64,000 nucleotides of DNA from a virus. Taxonomy: Duplodnaviria > Caudoviricetes. Positions 33,394-43,650 of this stretch are shown piece by piece. A program made the position numbers and the translations under genes. The DNA lies in IMG/VR virus record IMGVR_UViG_3300020048_000009, positions 96,001-160,000 of that record; one strand, written 5' to 3'. Position 1 is the first letter of the stretch; every line of letters begins with the position of its first letter. The notes beneath the pieces are model-generated. The model worked only from the letters and a program-made list of their open reading frames with translations, had not been told where the DNA came from and searched no databases.

Positions 33394-33451
33394 AATCCTA
33401 AAAAAATTATAAATTCTTATTATTAAAGGATTTATATAATTTTTTAGGATT
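33394..33451. repeat. Near-perfect inverted repeat in non-coding gap
   Basis: AATCCTAAAAAAATTATA ... TATAATTTTTTAGGATT (one-base bulge); overlaps a 21-nt copy of window positions 1-21. Confidence 0.7.
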
Positions 33452-33569
33452 AATTTTTTATAGAAAAAATTATCTAAAATTAGAAATTCTATGATGAATA
33501 AAAAAAGTGGTAACTTTATTATATTTATAGGGGCATGGTAACTTTTATTATGTACTTTTTAAAATAAAA

Positions 33570-34418
33570 ATGATAAATAAAAATATGATAAATTTTAAAA
33601 ACGTAATAATAGAAGCACAACAGCGTGATGCTCTTCCGACCTATAATGAATTATTTAAATATTTAAGTAAATTCTATCCTGAAAATCTAAAAGAAGGTTT
33701 AAAGGATATTAGATATGGAATGTATAATATAAAAAATCCTAATAAAGAAATTCAAAAAATTTTATTATGCACAACAGTTACTGAAGAAGTTAAAACTAAA
33801 GCAATAAATGAAAATTTTGATTTAACCATAACACATCACCCATTTCTAAAAGATGTCCCTGGAATAATTTTCCATCTAACAATGGATGAATCTACTCATG
33901 GGCACAATGTTTATTTCTTAAATCGAATGGGACTACAAAATAAACATATTGGAGATTTAATAGTTTCTGGTGATTTATATAAAGACATGGAAATTTCAGA
34001 ATTTATAGATTATCTAGAAAAACATGGATTTAAAGTAAACGGTATATTACATAAGAATAAAAATTATCCTGATGAAGATGATTTAATTAAATCCGTTTTA
34101 TATTGTGCAGGTGGCGGCGGAATATTGTTAAATAAGCATATCTTAGAGATGCATCATTTAGCAGGTAATCCCGAATGGGATATGCGTAATATTGAAAAAG
34201 ATGTGTATGTTACAGGCGAGCTTAGTAGTAAATGGGATCTAGATAATAATAAATTTAAATATATTATTGAGCTATCACATACAACTTCTGAGAAACCTTT
34301 ATTTAAGCTTATTCAGAACAAAATTAAGAATAAATGGCCTAGACTAACTGTTGAAATAGCAGATAATAAAATCGATTATGTTGGATGGGAATCTTTAAAT
34401 AAAAAGACTAGAATTTAA
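33570..34418 (+). CDS. NIF3/YbgI-like metal-binding protein (likely start 33585)
   Basis: TITHHP, FHL..D, CAGGGG, YVTGE, LSH..SE motifs. Confidence 0.62.
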   Translation: MINKNMINFKNVIIEAQQRDALPTYNELFKYLSKFYPENLKEGLKDIRYGMYNIKNPNKEIQKILLCTTVTEEVKTKAINENFDLTITHHPFLKDVPGIIFHLTMDESTHGHNVYFLNRMGLQNKHIGDLIVSGDLYKDMEISEFIDYLEKHGFKVNGILHKNKNYPDEDDLIKSVLYCAGGGGILLNKHILEMHHLAGNPEWDMRNIEKDVYVTGELSSKWDLDNNKFKYIIELSHTTSEKPLFKLIQNKIKNKWPRLTVEIADNKIDYVGWESLNKKTRI

Positions 34419-35863
34419 GTCTTTTTATAATGTGACATGATTGAAGTATAAATATTTTTATATCTATCATGCTTTAAATATTTTTGACAGAAATAACCAA
34501 TATTTAGTCCAATATTATCTTTAAGTTCCCAATCAATATTTGGATATTTTAATAATGATTCAATCATTTTCCTATTAAGATCGACACCACCATGGTAATA
34601 GGGTGAAGCTTCAATAATAGCCAACATTAATGGTGTATTTTTGTCTATTCTATCTTGAATATTAATGTCAATACCTGGATATGTTGATAAAAATTCAGTA
34701 AGTTCATAATTATTATATGTTACGGCTGTCATTAATATATTGGTATTATTAAACGGCTTATTAACATCAAATTTATAGTTACTAGCCAAATATTTAAATA
34801 ATTCTACAGAATCATGATCATATGTCTTTCTTGATAAGTATAGTAATGCATTTTCACCATTACTATCAGTAAGATAAACGTCTAGATCTGGGAAATTTTT
34901 AAGTATATCGGTCGCTAAATCAGAATAACCCCAATGTATTCTATTTAAAAATAAAGGAACAGTAAAACCCCCATCAAAGTCTAGAGGAGTATTGATATTC
35001 ATATTATACCTAGAGAGTACTTCTTTTATTTGATTGACATCCTCACAATTTATTAAATTAGCTTTTATAACTCTATGTTTATCTTTATCATCAAGCATCT
35101 TAATATTATCATACCATTTTAAATCTTTTATTATATTTTTTAATTCATTAGATAATTTATATTTTTTAATACCCGGTGAATCTTCTTCATTAATATCTAG
35201 AATATTCCATATATCTTTAGCTTGATCGGGATAAACTGTTATTGCAAATTTTGTATCTATGTCTGTATTAGTTATATGTTCAGATAATGTAAATACATCA
35301 TCATCAGTTTGAGGATTCCAGTCATCTATTTTTTGCACAGTATCATCAACTTTTTTCATATCGGGGCGATTTGTTTTATGAATAATAAAATAAAATCTTA
35401 GATTTTCATCAATATAATAACTTTCCCAAAATTCTGGATTATCTGTACTTATACACCAATGGGTAGAATATCCCTTATAAAATCTGCCTAATTCTTTTGC
35501 AGCTTCATATGAATCTACCTGCCAAAGTTCATAATTTTCAGTTTCTTTTATTTTTTTGCCTTTACCATCTTTAGTTTTCTGCGCTTTATACTTTTGTTCA
35601 GTTTTCTTTTCTGTATTAGATCTATAATTTTCTATAAAAGATTTAAACTCTTCAAACGGCTTCTTAAACCAGAAATTTATATCATTATTAGGTGCTTGTA
35701 TTTTAACTCTAATGTTAGTTAAGAAATTATCTAAAATAGGTTTAAATTCTTCTTCAGGTATAGTCGACCAAGCCTTTTTAGCTGCTAATAATATTTTATT
35801 AGAAATTTCTTCTAATATTAATTGGTTGTATGCTTCACAGATGGGGATATTGTAATATTTCAT
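34415..35863 (-). CDS. Ankyrin-repeat protein with N-terminal WCIS-motif domain
   Basis: GENALLYL, NILMTAV..NN, NTPLMLAI repeats; SYEAAKELG...HWCIS. Confidence 0.78.
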   Translation of the reverse strand: MKYYNIPICEAYNQLILEEISNKILLAAKKAWSTIPEEEFKPILDNFLTNIRVKIQAPNNDINFWFKKPFEEFKSFIENYRSNTEKKTEQKYKAQKTKDGKGKKIKETENYELWQVDSYEAAKELGRFYKGYSTHWCISTDNPEFWESYYIDENLRFYFIIHKTNRPDMKKVDDTVQKIDDWNPQTDDDVFTLSEHITNTDIDTKFAITVYPDQAKDIWNILDINEEDSPGIKKYKLSNELKNIIKDLKWYDNIKMLDDKDKHRVIKANLINCEDVNQIKEVLSRYNMNINTPLDFDGGFTVPLFLNRIHWGYSDLATDILKNFPDLDVYLTDSNGENALLYLSRKTYDHDSVELFKYLASNYKFDVNKPFNNTNILMTAVTYNNYELTEFLSTYPGIDINIQDRIDKNTPLMLAIIEASPYYHGGVDLNRKMIESLLKYPNIDWELKDNIGLNIGYFCQKYLKHDRYKNIYTSIMSHYKKT

Positions 35864-35952
35864 ATTTTTTATTTATTAAAGATATAAGAATTTTTGTTCA
35901 AATAAATATTACAAAAAATTAATAAATAAAATAAACAAAATAGACGAAAACT

Positions 35953-36501
35953 ATGAGTAAAAATAATTTTAAAAACTTTTTTAAGAAACAGAATATTAAC
36001 AATGAAATACTTGGTTATTTAGATCGTTCAGAGCGTGAAAAATTAATAAAGTTTCTTAATATAAATGGTTTAACCCCTAATTATAAAGTAACAGTAAAGA
36101 AACAACCCGTTCCATTATTATCGTATGCGGTTGTTGTAGGATGTGGTACGATTGTAAAAGATTTGCTTAATTTAGGAGCAGACGTTAACGCAAATAGTGA
36201 CCAAGCATTATCTATGGCAATTGAGACTGCCCAAGGTGTTATAGCTAGAATATTATTAAAATCCGGTGCAAATCCTAATGCAGATAATGGTGCATTATTA
36301 AAAACAGCAGCACTGAAAAATAATTTAGGAATGCTTGAAGAATTATATAACTATGGCGCTAAATTTACTGAAAAGTTAGGCAAAGAACTCTTTGCGATAG
36401 CATATAGAAATAATAATTATGATATGCAAAGGTTTATATCAGAACGAATTATTAAACCTGAAAAAATTGAAAAAATAATTAAAACGGAGTTTAATAAATA
36501 A
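35953..36501 (+). CDS. Ankyrin-repeat protein
   Basis: LL.LGADVNA, ALSMA, LLKSGANPNA, L..YGA repeats. Confidence 0.82.
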   Translation: MSKNNFKNFFKKQNINNEILGYLDRSEREKLIKFLNINGLTPNYKVTVKKQPVPLLSYAVVVGCGTIVKDLLNLGADVNANSDQALSMAIETAQGVIARILLKSGANPNADNGALLKTAALKNNLGMLEELYNYGAKFTEKLGKELFAIAYRNNNYDMQRFISERIIKPEKIEKIIKTEFNK

Positions 36502-36505
36502 AAAT

Positions 36506-36730
36506 ATGAATGTTTTAGAACGAATAGTTACCAAATTGTTCAGTGGAAGATGGATATTAACGCTAATTGCGGGAATTTCATTACTTATTATAACATGTGT
36601 TTCTTGTTATGCCGCGATAATTGGTTTACCACCTATTGCAGATCCTGGAGCGTTATTATCAGTTATAGTAATGGTATTTATGAGTTATTTCCAAAAAAAT
36701 ACTGATAACAATAATAGAGAAATACATTAA
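36506..36730 (+). CDS. Small two-TM membrane protein (holin-like, uncertain)
   Basis: KLFSGRWIL, two TM helices, charged tail. Confidence 0.45.
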   Translation: MNVLERIVTKLFSGRWILTLIAGISLLIITCVSCYAAIIGLPPIADPGALLSVIVMVFMSYFQKNTDNNNREIH

Positions 36731-37431
36731 CCTTCTTTATCCAATTCCTCAGAAGTCAATGCACCATTTGAAATTAATATTTTTCTAATATTAATAAGTT
36801 GATCATCGTTTATTCTATCTAAAGCAGTTAAACCATATTGTTCATCTTTAACGTTTAAATCCGCACCTTTTTCTATAAGCATCATAATTAATCGTTCTTT
36901 TTCAAATGCTTGTAATATATTAGAATCTAATATAATCATTAATGCGTTATACCCAGTATAATGTTCTTGTATATTAACATTTATATTATTTTGTACTAAT
37001 AATAAAGATATAATATCAAAATTTCCCAAATTACATGCCAACATTAACGGTGAAACATTATTTTCATCTAAAGAATAAAGATCAACGCCTTTATATATAA
37101 GAACTTTTACAACTTCCATCTGATTATAAGTGATGGCAGCAGCCAGTGGTGTTTTTTGCGTTGTTTTTTCAACCATGTTGATGTTTGCTCCATCTTTAAG
37201 TAAAGTATCAAGGCTATTTAAGTCGCCGTTAGAACACGCATTAATAAGGTTTAATGATGAATCTTTATCAGGCATTATATTAGCTTCAATGATTTTTACT
37301 TTTTTCTTAGGTTTTATTTTTATATTAGTATCTGCTTTTGATTCTAATATTACCTTAGTCGGTTTCATTATATTTTTTATAACTTGTAAATATGCATCAG
37401 CTATTATATTATTGGTTTCAAGATTAAACAT
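36727..37431 (-). CDS. Ankyrin-repeat protein
   Basis: LINAC..GD, KTPLAAAI, SPLMLAC..G, YNALM, GLTALD; ATG 37431 has AGGA SD (track start 37461). Confidence 0.88.
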   Translation of the reverse strand: MFNLETNNIIADAYLQVIKNIMKPTKVILESKADTNIKIKPKKKVKIIEANIMPDKDSSLNLINACSNGDLNSLDTLLKDGANINMVEKTTQKTPLAAAITYNQMEVVKVLIYKGVDLYSLDENNVSPLMLACNLGNFDIISLLLVQNNINVNIQEHYTGYNALMIILDSNILQAFEKERLIMMLIEKGADLNVKDEQYGLTALDRINDDQLINIRKILISNGALTSEELDKEG

Positions 37432-37514
37432 TTTATTTTTCCTATATATTTTATTTATCACATTTTTTAAAATACTTGGTATATTTTGTAATATACTTTT
37501 TATATAATCATTTT

Positions 37515-37955
37515 ATGAATAATAAATTTGGATATGTTAATTTAGCCATTGTCGGTACTAAATCTTACAATGATTATGATAAATTTTTAGAAGTTATACA
37601 TAATATTTTAGATGTGTATAGCATTGTTCCGGGATGTATCATTTCGGGTGGTGCAAAAGGCGTCGATACTTTAGCTGAAGATTATGCTAAAGAGTTTGAA
37701 ATTAAACCAAAGATTTTTCCAGCGGAATGGACAAATGCTAGCGGTATTTATGATAAGGGTGCCGGAATGAAGAGAAATGCTCTTATTATAGAAAATGCAG
37801 ATTTTGTTGTTGCTATATGGGATGGTAAAAGCTCTGGCACTAAGAATTCTATTAAAAGGGCAAAGAATTTGAATAAGCCATTGGTTATTTATAACTATAT
37901 CGAAGATAAAATTTATGAATTTAATATTAAACATCAGGATATATTAGAATTATAG
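37515..37955 (+). CDS. SLOG/YspA-like (DUF2493-type) protein
   Basis: LAIVGTKSY, IISGGAKGVD, AGMKRN, AIWDGKSSGT; ATG 37515 after promoter 37479-37508. Confidence 0.8.
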   Translation: MNNKFGYVNLAIVGTKSYNDYDKFLEVIHNILDVYSIVPGCIISGGAKGVDTLAEDYAKEFEIKPKIFPAEWTNASGIYDKGAGMKRNALIIENADFVVAIWDGKSSGTKNSIKRAKNLNKPLVIYNYIEDKIYEFNIKHQDILEL

Positions 37956-38165
37956 TATATTATATAAAAGGTAAAATATGGAAAAGATGCCACATGATTC
38001 AACGGTTTATAGGCTTCCACCAGATAAGGATTTTCCCAATGGTATGAGAGTTTATAAGTCAAGTTTACCAGAAGATAATTGCCCTATTTTAGGACAAAAA
38101 ATATGTTCAGTTAAAGATGGAAAAATGTGGTATACTGAAAAACCATTAACAAAGAGTAAATAAAT

Positions 38166-39236
38166 ATGAACTTAGAAATATTAAAACAATCAGATAGAAT
38201 TATTTTTGAAACCATTTCTGGAAGTAGAAGTTATGGAACGAACACTCCGGAATCAGATACAGATATTCGTGGTATTTTTATGCCAGGAAAAGACGAAATA
38301 ATTTCCATGCTTCCTATGATAGAACAAGTATCAGATGAAAAGAACGATACGACCTATTATAGCGTAAAGCGCTTTTTTGAATTAGCATCAGGATGTAACC
38401 CTAATATTTTAGAGTTATTATTTATGCCTGCTGATTGTATTCAAGTTTGTACGCCTGTGATGCAAAAGATTTTAGAGAACAGACATTCGTTTGTATCTAA
38501 GAAAGCTAAATTTACATTTTCAGGATATGCCTATGCCCAAATTAAAAAGGCAAAGGGTCAGAATAAATTTGTAAACAACCCGCTTTCAAAAGAGCATCCG
38601 AAACGTGAGGAACATTGTACTTTTCTTTCTGAAAAGACTTTCCCGCCAATGAGACCTATTAAATTTGGTGAAGAAGGATTTCCAGACTTAACTAAACTTT
38701 CTGTATCTAGAGTATCTGGATCCAAAGAAATGTTTAGAGTCTATAATATTCCAACCGCTAAGGGTGTATTTGATCAAATGGGAAATATTCTTTATGACAC
38801 CCATACAATGGAAGATGAACAAAACTATTATGTTGGAACGCTTCAATATAATAAAGAGTCATATGATTCTATTGTTCGTCAATGGAAGAATTATTGGGAG
38901 TGGAAGAACAACAGAAATGAAGCTCGTTGGAAAGATTATGATGACAAAGAATTTGAATGTGACTTCAAAAACCTTTCTCACTGTGTTCGTTTAATGTTAT
39001 CAGGAAAAAATATTCTTTTAAACGGTGAACCTATTGTTAGACTTACTGGAGATGAACTAACTCTTGTTAGAGATGTTCGATCTGGTAAAATGCCATATTC
39101 ACAAATTATGGAATGGGTAGAAGCCGAAGAAAAGAAATTTGATGAATGGTACGAAAAGTCTACGCTTCCTCATAGTGTAGATATGAAACAAATTGATGCA
39201 TTATACAAAGAAATTATGTATAATTATATAAAGTAG
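38166..39236 (+). CDS. Pol-beta superfamily nucleotidyltransferase (YcgL/RlaP-like)
   Basis: GSRSYG...SDTDIRG, NPNILE.L, KNLSHCVRL. Confidence 0.82.
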   Translation: MNLEILKQSDRIIFETISGSRSYGTNTPESDTDIRGIFMPGKDEIISMLPMIEQVSDEKNDTTYYSVKRFFELASGCNPNILELLFMPADCIQVCTPVMQKILENRHSFVSKKAKFTFSGYAYAQIKKAKGQNKFVNNPLSKEHPKREEHCTFLSEKTFPPMRPIKFGEEGFPDLTKLSVSRVSGSKEMFRVYNIPTAKGVFDQMGNILYDTHTMEDEQNYYVGTLQYNKESYDSIVRQWKNYWEWKNNRNEARWKDYDDKEFECDFKNLSHCVRLMLSGKNILLNGEPIVRLTGDELTLVRDVRSGKMPYSQIMEWVEAEEKKFDEWYEKSTLPHSVDMKQIDALYKEIMYNYIK

Positions 39237-39725
39237 AAGGAAAGAATAATATGCAAGACTTAGTATATAAAACAGCGTATAACGTAAATAATGGAGAAAA
39301 AATTTGTTATAATATTGCAGAATTAAAACAATATTATCTAACAAAACTTAATAAATTGGATTGGAATCCAATTTCCGGTAATAGCTATTCAACATGGGCT
39401 AGTAAAAAAATAACAAAATTTACTAGAGACATTTTTAATTTAGCGGTTACCGATTTGGGAGTATTTGAATATTGTACGATTAAAGTAATTTATATTTAAA
39501 ATGAAAAATAAAATTAGAAATATTTCATTAATATTAACGTTAATATTAATAACCTTAAAAGTAACATCTACCATCAATTGTTCTTGGTGGTTGGTGTTAC
39601 TACCTATTTTACTATATATGGGAGTATTACCCATTACAGTATTTTTTGGTCTTTGCTTTTTTGTCATGTTGTGGATATGTTTTGCATTAAATAAAATACC
39701 GCCATTTATCTAAGAAAGATATAAA

Positions 39726-40124
39726 ATGACAGATAATGAAATAAATGGTACAATTGCTGAAATATTAGGTTGGAGATTTGATCCTACTTGTGATCAAACT
39801 CAAAAATATATTGCTACTGCCTGTTGGATTAGACCTGGTGGTGAACCCTGGCAGTTAGAGAATCTTCCTAATTATTGTAATAACCTAAATGCGATGCAAG
39901 ACGTTTGGAATTGGCTGCGCCAAAACGGTGATGGAAGCGATGACGAAGTATTATTTTGGGAAGGTCTAAGAGATAGATATGGTTATGAATTATTTAAAAG
40001 AGCCGGCCTTTCTATGAGAAAAAATGGTGGAAGTATTGATTATACTCTAGCCAATTTAACAGCAAAGCAAAAAGCAGAATGTTTTATATCTAGTATGAAT
40101 GTAATTATGAAGGAAATAGAATAA
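39726..40124 (+). CDS. Phage ABA-sandwich-like protein
   Basis: EIN..IAE.LGW...LPNYCNNLNAM. Confidence 0.55.
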   Translation: MTDNEINGTIAEILGWRFDPTCDQTQKYIATACWIRPGGEPWQLENLPNYCNNLNAMQDVWNWLRQNGDGSDDEVLFWEGLRDRYGYELFKRAGLSMRKNGGSIDYTLANLTAKQKAECFISSMNVIMKEIE

Positions 40125-41122
40125 TGAAAAAATGTTATTTGTGTCATTCAGGCGGTTATGATTCCACTCTATTATTATATGAACTTTGTAAAAATGCAAA
40201 GCATAATAAAGAAGATTTAGAAATTTTTCCAATCTATTTAAAGTCAAAGTGCAGACCCTTTGAACCTGAAATTTTTCATGCTCAAAAATCTATAGATTAT
40301 TTTTATAATCTATATAGATATGATAAGATTATTATCCATCCGCTAAAGATATTTGATTATGGTGAGATAAAATTTAATGATGATACTAAAGAAAATGAAT
40401 TTAGTGTGGAACATCATTATTATGCCAGTTTTCTAGTAAATATCGCTCAAGCATTTAATATTAAAGATGTAACAGATGTATTTTTTGCATTCCATCAGGG
40501 TGATGCTATATTTGCATATATTAAAGACTTTGAAATTGCTATAAATAGTCTTAGACGATTAGCATTTTTCAGTACAAAGAAATCACCTGTTGGAATAGGT
40601 AATGATTTATTTTGGAATAACTGTAGGGATTTATCTTTTCATTATCCTCTCAGTACGACTAAAAAAGATTGGATATTAAATCAGTATTTAAATGATAATG
40701 TTTTAATAGATAAAAAATTAGCATTTGCTTGTGAATGTAGATTAAATAATTATAGTTTAGAAAATAATGCGTATACTAGTGGTCACAATGCTGTATTAGG
40801 AAGTCATGCATGGTGTGATAAGTGTACCGAAATTATAAAAATATACTTTGATTCAACTACTCCACTATATTTCTTTAATAAAATTAATAAAGATGAAATA
40901 CGAAATTTAGATTTAGATGATCTTCTTAAAAAATCAGCAGTAATGCCGGTTTCTTGTGAAGTTGAGGAGGAAGTACCTCAGCTAGAAGAACCCATAGGTC
41001 CATTGGCAATTTCACCTTCTGAAGAAAAAAAGATAGTGGAAGTGCTTGATGGTGTTTTTAATGGAAAAGGTATAGATGTAACAATAAAAGTGTGTAAAGA
41101 CGAAAAAACCAGTATACTTTAA
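40124..41122 (+). CDS. QueC-like PP-loop ATPase (7-cyano-7-deazaguanine synthase-like)
   Basis: HSGGYDST PP-loop at N-terminus, YPL...K, late C...CDKC cluster. Confidence 0.55.
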   Translation: MKKCYLCHSGGYDSTLLLYELCKNAKHNKEDLEIFPIYLKSKCRPFEPEIFHAQKSIDYFYNLYRYDKIIIHPLKIFDYGEIKFNDDTKENEFSVEHHYYASFLVNIAQAFNIKDVTDVFFAFHQGDAIFAYIKDFEIAINSLRRLAFFSTKKSPVGIGNDLFWNNCRDLSFHYPLSTTKKDWILNQYLNDNVLIDKKLAFACECRLNNYSLENNAYTSGHNAVLGSHAWCDKCTEIIKIYFDSTTPLYFFNKINKDEIRNLDLDDLLKKSAVMPVSCEVEEEVPQLEEPIGPLAISPSEEKKIVEVLDGVFNGKGIDVTIKVCKDEKTSIL

Positions 41123-41141
41123 TAAACAATATTGATATAAT
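41112..41141 (+). promoter_or_regulatory. Putative promoter GTATAC-N18-TATAAT
   Basis: Variant of recurring motif upstream of ORF 41163. Confidence 0.6.
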
Positions 41142-41162
41142 TATTACATTAAAGGAGATATT

Positions 41163-41507
41163 ATGGTTTCTGTATATTTAGTTATTTGGTTCGCATTTTT
41201 ACATTTCATTTTTGATTTTAGATTACAGAGTGATAAAGTAGCTTGTAACAAATCTAAAGATTTTAAAGTACTATGCAAACATTGCTTTATATATGCATTC
41301 TGTGGTTTATTTGTTCCTGGTATGATGATAGGTGGATTATTTATTCTATTCTTTTCACATTTATTAATTGATTTTATTTCAAGTAAAATGACATCATATT
41401 ATTGGCAAAAAGAAGATAGACATAATTTCTTTGTAACTGTCGGATTTGATCAATTTTTACATGCAAGTGTATTGGTATATATTTTAAAATTTTGGGTTGG
41501 GGTTTAA
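41163..41507 (+). CDS. DUF3307-like membrane protein
   Basis: HFIFDF.LQ, KHC, SH.LID, GFDQ.LH. Confidence 0.78.
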   Translation: MVSVYLVIWFAFLHFIFDFRLQSDKVACNKSKDFKVLCKHCFIYAFCGLFVPGMMIGGLFILFFSHLLIDFISSKMTSYYWQKEDRHNFFVTVGFDQFLHASVLVYILKFWVGV

Positions 41508-41809
41508 TATGGAATTAAAAGCTAGTGTTAAAACTGTATTTAGAACTCAATATTATGATGTTGAGGAATTAATAGTTAGGATATACGGAAAACCATATCA
41601 GCTTTTAGCTGATATGGAAGCATCTAATGATTCAACTATTGAAATAAATGGTGTAGATGGTTCTGATCAAAATATTGATAAATATGATATTAAAGAATTT
41701 AAAGAAACTGGAAGATATAAACACATTTTAGGTACACTTATGAATGATTTATGTAAAAACGGTCTTATTGATAAAGGCGACTATAGTATAAACGTTTGCT
41801 GGTAAAAAT

Positions 41810-42355
41810 ATGAAAAATGATAAGAAAACAATAGTTGTAAATCTCTACGGTGGACCGGGTTCTGGTAAGTCTACCCTTATGGCGAGTATATTTTCAGAAT
41901 TAAAGCTTAATGGAATTAATTGTGAGATGGCACCTGAATTTGCTAAAGAAAAGGTATGGGAAGGTTCGTTAGATATTTTAGCAAATCAACTTTATATTTT
42001 TGGAAAACAGCATCACACTATTTTTAGACTTTTGGGTAAAGTGGATGTAATTATAACGGATTCACCTATTATTCTATCTTTATACTACGGAAAGAATTGT
42101 AGTAATACATTTAAGAAATTAGTATTAGAGGAATATGCTAAATTAAATAATATTAATTTTTTTGTAGACAGAATTAAGAAGTATAATCCAAAGGGAAGAC
42201 TTCAAACAGAGTCTGAAGCAAAACAAATTGATAAAGAACTTTTATCAATTTTAAGTAAAAACAATATACATGCCGTTCATGTAGAAGGCGGACGAAAAAA
42301 CATTAAATGGATATCTAAAAGTATAATAGATATTATTAAAAAGGAAATAATATGA
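41810..42355 (+). CDS. NadR/Ttd14-type AAA (AAA_28-like) P-loop kinase
   Basis: NLYGGPGSGKST, PEFAKE, ITDSP; 4-nt overlap with thg1. Confidence 0.78.
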   Translation: MKNDKKTIVVNLYGGPGSGKSTLMASIFSELKLNGINCEMAPEFAKEKVWEGSLDILANQLYIFGKQHHTIFRLLGKVDVIITDSPIILSLYYGKNCSNTFKKLVLEEYAKLNNINFFVDRIKKYNPKGRLQTESEAKQIDKELLSILSKNNIHAVHVEGGRKNIKWISKSIIDIIKKEII

Positions 42356-43134
42356 ACAAGGATTCACTAGGCGATCGCATGAAAAATTTTGAGTCAGTAA
42401 CCGCAACAAAACTAATTAGTAGAATGCCCGTAATTTTACGGCTTGATGGTAAAGCATTCCACACATTTACCAAGGGTTTTGATAAACCTTTTGATACTCT
42501 ACTATCAGATACGATGATTGAAACTACACTTGAATTAGTTTCAACTATTCAAAACTGTCAAGTTGGATATGTTCAATCAGATGAAATTTCATTACTTCTT
42601 GTAGATGATAAGCACCTTAATACTTCTTCTTGGTTTGATAATAAGATTCAGAAGCAAGTATCGGTTGCGGCATCGATGTGTACTTTAACTTTTAATACTA
42701 TTTTTCTATCAAAAGTTATATCCCTATCAAAAGTAGAAGATATGACAGAAGAAATGTTTAAAAAAGTTGATATGTATAATGGTAAAATTTGTTCTGCGCT
42801 TTTTGATTGTAGAGCTTTTAATATTCCAAAAGAAGATGTATGTAACTATTTTATCTGGAGACAGCAAGATGCAACTAGAAATTCTATTCAATCTCTAGCA
42901 CAAGCTAATTTTAGTCCTAAACAACTACATGGCCTAAGTTGCAATAAGCTTCAGGATAAACTTTTCGCAGAAAAGCAAATTAATTGGAATGATATTTCTA
43001 CAACAAATAAAAGAGGAACATGTGCAGTAAGAAATTTTAAAAATGGACCTGCTTTTATTATTGATCGTGAAATTCCTATCTTTTCTCAAGATAGAACGTA
43101 TATCGAAAAGCTTGTTAATATTAGAGAGGATTAA
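42352..43134 (+). CDS. thg1: tRNA(His) guanylyltransferase/Thg1-like protein
   Basis: LGDRMK.FE, RLDGKAFHTFT, YVQSDEISL, FD.RAFN.P, YF.WRQ.DA.RNS. Confidence 0.93.
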   Translation: MNKDSLGDRMKNFESVTATKLISRMPVILRLDGKAFHTFTKGFDKPFDTLLSDTMIETTLELVSTIQNCQVGYVQSDEISLLLVDDKHLNTSSWFDNKIQKQVSVAASMCTLTFNTIFLSKVISLSKVEDMTEEMFKKVDMYNGKICSALFDCRAFNIPKEDVCNYFIWRQQDATRNSIQSLAQANFSPKQLHGLSCNKLQDKLFAEKQINWNDISTTNKRGTCAVRNFKNGPAFIIDREIPIFSQDRTYIEKLVNIRED

Positions 43135-43540
43135 TTATGTCTGATGGTGATTATGCTTTTCCATTTGACCCAGAATCAGAAAAACGTCGAATGAAACAAT
43201 TAGAAATTAATCAAAAATTTTTATTAGATGCAATTTTTGAAATTCATGATAATCTGTGTCCTAAACAATACGGAACATGGCAAGATAAAGTTAAACAATC
43301 AGTTGAAGCTTCTAAAAAATTAAAAAAGGATTAAAATGGACGCAAAATTAGAAATAACATATTTGGATGATAATACTGGACATGAAAGAACTATTACATT
43401 AAATACTATAACATGTTCAGAAGAATTTTATAATGATGTTAATGCGGTTTTAAAAGATAAACCTGTTACATGTAGATTAGCATTGCGATAATTTTATAAT
43501 TATTAATAAATAAAATAGAATATTCATAAGGAGAAAATAA

Positions 43541-43585
43541 ATGAATAACGATAAAGTTAAATGTTAGGTGCTTAAACCACCATAA
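43541..43585 (+). CDS. Leader mini-ORF with internal amber codon and Pro-Pro-stop end
   Basis: AAGGAG SD 43528-43533; ATG AAT AAC GAT AAA GTT AAA TGT TAG GTG CTT AAA CCA CCA TAA. Confidence 0.7.
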
Positions 43586-43646
43586 TCCTATTAGTGTTGA
43601 AAAATGACTGATTAATGTAAAAAACAAACAAACTAATAAGGATTAT
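43582..43646 (+). promoter_or_regulatory. Anti-SD/SD helix (putative translational attenuator)
   Basis: ATAATCCTATTAGT (43582-43595) is complementary to ACTAATAAGGATTAT (43632-43646; one bulge), which holds the AAGGA SD of ORF 43651. Confidence 0.65.
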
Positions 43647-43650
43647 AAAA

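Noticed and set aside
33570-34418. GTP cyclohydrolase I call for the NIF3-like protein
   Set aside because: That activity is disputed for the family and the motifs here are divergent; kept as NIF3-like only.
36506-36730. Confident holin call
   Set aside because: The topology is compatible, but no endolysin is adjacent and the motif evidence is weak.
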